Shown here one piece after another: positions 57,823 through 64,000 of a stretch of DNA of 64,000 bases; position 1 is the first letter of the stretch, and each line of letters begins with the position of its first letter. The position numbers and the translations under genes are program-made. Origin of the DNA: a virus; the IMG/VR virus record IMGVR_UViG_3300047557_002951, positions 1-64,000 of that record; one strand, written 5' to 3'. The notes beneath the pieces are model-generated. The model searched no databases. It was not told where the DNA came from and was given only the letters and a program-made list of their open reading frames with translations.

Positions 57823-60381
57823 TTAGAAGTCCGGAACACCTGGAGGTAGTATCCACCAGTTTGCGCTAAAATTATTAATACTTGTTGGCGAGAAGAATGA
57901 ATTTGAAGATTGCCCATAGTACCCAAATCCATATGCACTTGTTGGGGACCAAGAAAGAACAGAATAATCTACACCAAGTCCTATGCCATCAGAAATATTA
58001 TTTTCATCCCAAGCCAAAGCTAAGAGTTGATATGAATAATTTATATTTTGCCACGCAGTTAAACTATTTTTAAGAGTAATATTATTTGCATTCAGCATTT
58101 TGTAAATATTATAATCCGTTGCATTAACAATCCTACTTGTGCTGTTATCAAGAGTTGCGGTTAGTCTATAATTTTGAATTCCACTTGCTGCGAGACTTAA
58201 GAAATTCTGCCATCTTGCATCATCAATGCAATTGTTAGTTCCGGGAAGAACTTTTCCAGGTACCTTAGATAGAGTTCTTGGATCCCTATTATCAGTATTT
58301 GATAATATGAGGATTCTCCCAGCACTATCAACATAAAAATCTCCACTTATTAGTGGATTATATGGTTCCATGATAGGAGTTACATTTAAAGTATTAAAAC
58401 TTGTTGTGTATTTTACTAGTCCTTTATAAAGTCTCAAGTCTTGAATATAAAAATCATCTGGGGTAAGTCTTTGGAAATTTGGTATTGCAAAATTATAACC
58501 ACTGGAGGTCAAATCCATAGCTCTAGTGCCACTCGCCCAATTGATTCCATTGACCCAAATTCTAAAAGTACTTCCAGTTCTTGTCAGTGCGATATGATTC
58601 CAAGTATTATTTGATAAAACTTGTGATGAAGTTTCGCATATTGTCTGAACAACTCCATTTGCATCAGGATATCCAAGTAAAAGACCACGCCTAAATTGTG
58701 AGATATTAGGCCAATTATCACCTTTTACAAATAGTTGGAAAAAGTAATCGTTTGCATTTCTACTATCAATATATGAAGGATAGAATACTGACATTCCAAC
58801 CTCGCCCCCAAAATTAAGTCCACTAAACCACATCCACATTTCTACAGTAAAATCATCAAATCCAAGAACTTGAGTTTGATTGGTATTAATTCTGAGTTGA
58901 GTTACTTCAAAAGTTCTAGTAGTTGTTCCTTTTGCTAATTTATAAGATCCAATATTGCCATAAGATCTACTTCTTTCTATTGATATTGCTGGACTAGTTC
59001 TCCCCGGAATAGTTCCAATAACCGTTGATGCACGAAGTCCTCCATTTAAAGAATTTTTAATTCTCACCTCAGGACTCATATCCTGTACTTGATTTATAGT
59101 GTTGAATGGAATTGAGTATATTAGTTGACCTGCATTTGGATCATTGTTTGCTGATATAGTTCTAGTTTTAACCTTCCAATTTGCTAAAGTATCTTCTAAT
59201 TTTACCGTTATAGTTTTTTCTTCAAGCCAATTTGAAGTGGTATTCAATTTTAGTTGAAGAGTATCTCCATTTCTTATTGTAGTAGATGTTACAAACGCAC
59301 CTCCATTAACTGACAATAATCCATCAATAGAAGTTATAGAAATATTAAAATCAATATTGTTAGAAAGACCTCCAATTGTTAAAACTTCGCTTAAAATTTC
59401 TGCATTCAATTCAGAACTTGGTAGATCTGTAAATGATAAATTGGATGGAACATTGTCTACAGTTCTAACATTCCAAGAAGTAGTACTTTGGATATCAGGT
59501 GACACATCAAGAGATATTCTTATTACTACAGTTTTTTGCGTGAAACTTAAATTAGATGAAGTCACTTTTAATCTTAAAATATCTCCATTTTTTACTATTG
59601 TAGAATTTACAAATTCTCCATAATTTACGCTAAGTAATCCTTCATTTGAAGTTATTTCTGCGGTGTAACTAAACGCATCAGTAAGTCCCTGTACTGTATA
59701 TGTGTCACTTATTACTTCAGTAGAAAATCTTACATCAGTCACATCAGTGAAGAGCAAATTCTCCGCTTTTCCACCTTTTTTAGTTTTTACTATCCAAGTA
59801 AAATCTTTTTTGCCTATTGTAATTGTTGTAGAATATGTTTTATCATAATATTCAAGTCCAACTTCAGATCCCTGAAAAGTTCTATTGTCAAATTGAGAAG
59901 ATCCCTGCGGATTAAAAGTTATATCACCATCACGCGATCCAACTGTAATATTACTACTTAATGAAATGTTATATGAAGTGGGAGATCTATCAACTACAGT
60001 TAAATTAGTTTCTAAAATATTAGGAGGAACACCGAATATACGAAGACCTACAGTATTTCCATTTCTTACATAAGAAGGTAATGTGCTGTAATCGAGTTCT
60101 GGAAATGTTGTATCAAATGTAGTGGCAGTTTGATCTAATGTAATTTTGTCATTATCGAATGTCTTAAAAAAACTCACATTACCAACAAAGTATTCGCCAT
60201 CACCTGTGATTGAAATTGGAACTTTGTAGTTTATATCTTCAACAAATTTTAATAGAGTTGTGTAAGTTTGACCTGGTTCCGCATCAATCAAATCTCCAAA
60301 ATTTATATCAAATGGATAATTATCATAAGTACCTCTAAAAGAGTACTCAGATGCGTTACCAATTGCTCCTAGTAATGGCAT
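57823..60381 (-). CDS. structural protein with repeated beta-sandwich units and a LamG/ConA-like domain
   Basis: Repeated LSVN.G.FV..T.I.NGD.L.L units; DFTVEMW..WNHIALTR..IWVNG..YIQDLRLYKG. Confidence 0.78.
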   Translation of the reverse strand: MPLLGAIGNASEYSFRGTYDNYPFDINFGDLIDAEPGQTYTTLLKFVEDINYKVPISITGDGEYFVGNVSFFKTFDNDKITLDQTATTFDTTFPELDYSTLPSYVRNGNTVGLRIFGVPPNILETNLTVVDRSPTSYNISLSSNITVGSRDGDITFNPQGSSQFDNRTFQGSEVGLEYYDKTYSTTITIGKKDFTWIVKTKKGGKAENLLFTDVTDVRFSTEVISDTYTVQGLTDAFSYTAEITSNEGLLSVNYGEFVNSTIVKNGDILRLKVTSSNLSFTQKTVVIRISLDVSPDIQSTTSWNVRTVDNVPSNLSFTDLPSSELNAEILSEVLTIGGLSNNIDFNISITSIDGLLSVNGGAFVTSTTIRNGDTLQLKLNTTSNWLEEKTITVKLEDTLANWKVKTRTISANNDPNAGQLIYSIPFNTINQVQDMSPEVRIKNSLNGGLRASTVIGTIPGRTSPAISIERSRSYGNIGSYKLAKGTTTRTFEVTQLRINTNQTQVLGFDDFTVEMWMWFSGLNFGGEVGMSVFYPSYIDSRNANDYFFQLFVKGDNWPNISQFRRGLLLGYPDANGVVQTICETSSQVLSNNTWNHIALTRTGSTFRIWVNGINWASGTRAMDLTSSGYNFAIPNFQRLTPDDFYIQDLRLYKGLVKYTTSFNTLNVTPIMEPYNPLISGDFYVDSAGRILILSNTDNRDPRTLSKVPGKVLPGTNNCIDDARWQNFLSLAASGIQNYRLTATLDNSTSRIVNATDYNIYKMLNANNITLKNSLTAWQNINYSYQLLALAWDENNISDGIGLGVDYSVLSWSPTSAYGFGYYGQSSNSFFSPTSINNFSANWWILPPGVPDF

Positions 60382-60387
60382 TTTACT

Positions 60388-63300
60388 TTATTGCTGTGTA
60401 TACTGAGACAATGATCTTAGAACTGTAAATCTATCATTAATAGTTCCTGCATTTGATTTTTTCACAATGACATAAGTATACATATCAATTCCACTTGAGT
60501 TTCCTTCAGTAATTGCAAGATCTCCATATTCAAATATATTTACTGGCGAACTGTCAATTTGAACAGTTGTATTGTAGAATGCAGTTCCACCTTGTGTTGT
60601 CATAACTGCAACAGTTAGTGTTTCGCCCACATTCATGAATGAATCAAGAGATTCTACATTACTGGATCTAAAATTAATAGTCCAATTTCCTGTTGCAGAA
60701 GAAGTGTAATAATAAACATTATTATCACTCAAGTCTATATTTACTGTAGAGACAGTACCCAAAACAGTGGTAGAATCTACTGTAATTCTTTCAATAATTT
60801 CACCAACATTAAGAATTCCTTTAATATTAGTAGATCCAGTAACTTCTAGTTTGAAGTCTGCACTTGCCTGAGTTGTTCCAATACCAACATTGACTGAAGT
60901 ATGAATACCTGTTGGTGAAGTTTTCCACACAGGATCCAAACCGCTCAGTCCAGATCCATCGCCAAAGTATGTTCCATAATGAGTGCCAGTCCAAACCCCA
61001 ACATAGTGTCCATCATTATTCTGAATCGGTCCAAACTTTCTCCATTGATTATTTGAAGTGTAAACCCAACCAAGATAACCACCATCGTCTGGACTTGAAT
61101 AATATTCAACATCCCCATTATTACCGAAATCAGTTGGTGTAGAAATTCCTACAGTATACTTTCTAGAAATTACTGCATCACCTTGAAGATATAAAGAGTT
61201 TGCTTCAACGCCACGAGATGAATTAGAAGTGATCTTATCATTAAAGATTACTGGACCATTGAATTCGGAAACATTATTGCCGCCCTTACCACCTTCAACT
61301 TTAATTGATCTAGTTACACTTACATTTTCGGTATTGACAATATTGATTGCAGCTGCAGTTCCAGTTTCAACAAAAATCTCTTCACCCCGAATAGATGGAA
61401 CTGGAGCATCAAATACATCCTCTTGGCCTGTTGCAGAACTTACTCTCTTATTGCCAATATAGAAATCTCCATCATTATTCATTCCAGTGTAGACATTTAT
61501 ACCACCATCAGATTTAAATGATTGTGATAGTAGTTCTTCTTGCTCGGTGATTTGTCTGTCTTGACGATCAGGGAATGCATTAGAATAGTTACCTGGACCG
61601 AATCCAACATATTCAAAAGTATGTCCAGATGCACGAAGAATAGAGTGTCTACGGAATTCAACAGGATATGCATGTACTTTTCTTACTACGGATCCAGATG
61701 TATGAGCAGAACTACGAGTTCCTAGCAATCCTCTGAAGACAGAAACTGGATTGCCATTAACAGTTTCACGAATTCTCATAATTTCATCATCAATTTGAAT
61801 ATAATCACCGATCTTAAGACCAGTCGAATCAATTGATGAAATTGAGATCGTAGTACCAGTAGTCGTAATGCCAGCAGTTATTGTAGAACTAACTCCACCA
61901 TACTGCTCTACCAATCTTTGTTCCTCTCTTCCTGTATTCTCTCCCTCCTTAGAAGTATATCCATAAGGATGAACAATAATAGTTCCTGTTGTTGCGGGAG
62001 AGGAATTTGAAATCCCAATATTTAGATTGATTGAAGTAATTGAATTAACTTTCGATACCAAGAAATTTCCATTATATAAGGAACTATTTGCTCCTGATAC
62101 TTTTACTTTATCTTGGGCGGAAAAACCGTGAGCAGAACCAAAAGTTACTGTTGCAATTCCAGAGATATTATTGTAAGTGAATGATGTTGCAGTAACAGAT
62201 TTACCAGTTAAATATGCATTAGAATTTGATGTTATGGTTGCGCCAACTCCACTTGTCGATGGAGATGTAATTGAACCTGCGGAAGCAACTTGGATAGATC
62301 TAGTGCTAGAAATACCAGTTATTCTATACAAATCATTATATTGTTTGTAATTGTCACCCGAAATGCCAGTTAGTTCAATAACTTCATTAGTATGATTATA
62401 AATTGAGGTAACAGTCACTGTAGCAACAGTATGTCCAGATGTTGTCGCAACTCCCACAACTGATAATACATTGCCAACTTGGTATGCGCTACCACCATCC
62501 ATTACCTCAATATTGGTAATTTGACCTGATGAGTTAATCTTAATAACTGCAGATGCACCTCGACCAGAACCACCGATTAACTGCGCATTATATAAAGTTT
62601 CTATTGCACCAGTTGTTCCATATGCAGATCCTGCATTGGTAATAGAAAGGTCAGTAATTGGATTCAATCCGTGATCTATATTAGTGTGGAAAGTATGTGC
62701 AGTTCCAGCAGAATTACTAACAATATTAGTTAAACCAAATCCAACTTTGTTTTCAAATAAGAAGTTTTCAAGAGTCTCTTTAGTGATACTCTTTTGGGGG
62801 TCATTTATAACAACTTGACCTATTGGATCAGGAAGCGCATATGATTGAGATGCCTCTGGATCAGAAATTACATTATCTCTATCAAGTTGTGGATAAAGAT
62901 ATTGAACTGGTTGCGATAGTCTTAAGTGATCAAACGGTGCTATTGTTGGATTATTTGAGGAATTAATTACTGAAACATGATAAATTCCATCTTGTTGATT
63001 TTGAAGATACTCCTGAACTTGTTCTGTTCTGTATACAACATAAGTTCCAGGAAGTTTCTTTCGATTGAAATAAGGAAGTGAAGTATTTCTAACAGAAGTA
63101 TTATCCAAGAAAGTTCCTGGATTATTTGTTAAAGAATATGAAAACTCTCTTCTACTTGGAATTGAAGTTACTACATAAGTTCCATTGTAACCAGAGGTAG
63201 AAAGTCCAGAGACATTGTTTGAGCTTAGGATATTTACAATTTCAACTTGTGAACCAACAGAAAGATTATGTGGAAGCTCAGTTTGAATTGTAGCAACAGA

Positions 63301-64000
63301 ACCTACCCAAGAAGCATTAGAAATAAATCTCGTCTTCTTAAGTTCTGTTGAGTTTGAAAGTGTTTTTGTTGTATTATCTGGGCTATATTGATAATTGATT
63401 TCAGTATCATCTAATGGTAGAGATGTAGAATCTTGAATGATAAATCCATCAAGAGGTGGTCTTGCCTTAATTGTAGTATCTCTTGGAATAACATATCTAA
63501 ACTTGTATAAAGTATCTTCATAATTTCTATTATCTGGAGTTCGAGTAATATAAGTTCTAGAACTTACTCTAATTCCAGATGCCAGAATAGCATTATAAAT
63601 CCCATTACCTTGATTAACCTTCAAATACCACTGACCATTAGCAGAGTCATATTGAATTGGATGGCCAATATCACCAGGAGACTTGTCCGAAACTCTACTT
63701 ACAACTTTAAGATTTGAAGTTTTTGCTGTGAGAATGTTAATCGCATAAGAAGAAAGACTACCATTCTCCGCATCATTTAATGAAGATGCAAGGCGAACTT
63801 GAGTGCTTCCAATTCCTGTTGCAGTAGCATTAGTAATTACATAATAAACTGAATTGTGATCGAGACCATCAGGAATTTCTCCAGTATCACTAATAATTCT
63901 TACAGTCTCACCATTAATAAAATTGTGAGGTGCAGTAAGAGTAATTGTATTTGCCGATATATTATTAGTTACTCCATTTGCAAGTTTTGCGACATCATAT
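60388..64000 (-). CDS. large tail fibre/baseplate-associated protein, 5' end outside the window
   Basis: Frame stays open from the track start (63624) to the edge (YDVAKLANG..APHNFINGETVRI); RASGHTFEYVG..GDFYIG domain related to 30541 and 52908. Confidence 0.85.
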   Translation of the reverse strand, partial: YDVAKLANGVTNNISANTITLTAPHNFINGETVRIISDTGEIPDGLDHNSVYYVITNATATGIGSTQVRLASSLNDAENGSLSSYAINILTAKTSNLKVVSRVSDKSPGDIGHPIQYDSANGQWYLKVNQGNGIYNAILASGIRVSSRTYITRTPDNRNYEDTLYKFRYVIPRDTTIKARPPLDGFIIQDSTSLPLDDTEINYQYSPDNTTKTLSNSTELKKTRFISNASWVGSVATIQTELPHNLSVGSQVEIVNILSSNNVSGLSTSGYNGTYVVTSIPSRREFSYSLTNNPGTFLDNTSVRNTSLPYFNRKKLPGTYVVYRTEQVQEYLQNQQDGIYHVSVINSSNNPTIAPFDHLRLSQPVQYLYPQLDRDNVISDPEASQSYALPDPIGQVVINDPQKSITKETLENFLFENKVGFGLTNIVSNSAGTAHTFHTNIDHGLNPITDLSITNAGSAYGTTGAIETLYNAQLIGGSGRGASAVIKINSSGQITNIEVMDGGSAYQVGNVLSVVGVATTSGHTVATVTVTSIYNHTNEVIELTGISGDNYKQYNDLYRITGISSTRSIQVASAGSITSPSTSGVGATITSNSNAYLTGKSVTATSFTYNNISGIATVTFGSAHGFSAQDKVKVSGANSSLYNGNFLVSKVNSITSINLNIGISNSSPATTGTIIVHPYGYTSKEGENTGREEQRLVEQYGGVSSTITAGITTTGTTISISSIDSTGLKIGDYIQIDDEIMRIRETVNGNPVSVFRGLLGTRSSAHTSGSVVRKVHAYPVEFRRHSILRASGHTFEYVGFGPGNYSNAFPDRQDRQITEQEELLSQSFKSDGGINVYTGMNNDGDFYIGNKRVSSATGQEDVFDAPVPSIRGEEIFVETGTAAAINIVNTENVSVTRSIKVEGGKGGNNVSEFNGPVIFNDKITSNSSRGVEANSLYLQGDAVISRKYTVGISTPTDFGNNGDVEYYSSPDDGGYLGWVYTSNNQWRKFGPIQNNDGHYVGVWTGTHYGTYFGDGSGLSGLDPVWKTSPTGIHTSVNVGIGTTQASADFKLEVTGSTNIKGILNVGEIIERITVDSTTVLGTVSTVNIDLSDNNVYYYTSSATGNWTINFRSSNVESLDSFMNVGETLTVAVMTTQGGTAFYNTTVQIDSSPVNIFEYGDLAITEGNSSGIDMYTYVIVKKSNAGTINDRFTVLRSLSQYTQQ

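Noticed and set aside
791-61725. Short plus-strand ORFs throughout the track
   Set aside because: All lie antisense to well-supported minus-strand genes and show no recognisable motifs
1-64000. tRNA/rRNA genes, transposases, integrase, introns/inteins, stop-codon reassignment
   Set aside because: No cloverleaf or catalytic motifs recognised by eye; genes are intact and tightly packed under the standard code

Overview
A 64-kb, AT-rich, densely coding fragment of a large T4-like myovirus, most likely a cyanophage. Support: T4-type late promoters (TATAAATA/NTAAATA), cyanophage-style tail proteins, a short peptide deformylase and a DesC-like desaturase. Every credible gene is on the minus strand. 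In transcription order: (1) 64000-15243 is a late region. It holds tail-fibre/beta-helix proteins, three Gly-X-Gln collagen-like proteins (one of 2785 aa) ending in self-cleaving peptidase-S74 chaperones, and three RCC1/BLIP-II beta-propeller proteins with variable loops. These are interleaved with glycosyltransferases, SAM methyltransferases, 2OG-Fe(II) oxygenases, a sulfotransferase and a transglutaminase-like protein. (2) 15120-7035 and 920-1 is an early-type region of small ORFs (helicase, def, P-loop kinase), punctuated by seven copies of a palindrome plus -10 promoter element and a candidate origin/ncRNA at about 14.3-14.5 kb. (3) 7029-938 is a late-promoter cassette inside that early region: S74 fibre, GNAT, desaturase, three glycosyltransferases and a sulfotransferase. 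The best candidate for an undescribed system is the thrice-repeated pairing of a self-processing fibre gene with a modification-enzyme toolkit, alongside a recombining RCC1 binder repertoire. All family calls come from motifs read by eye; no searches were run.
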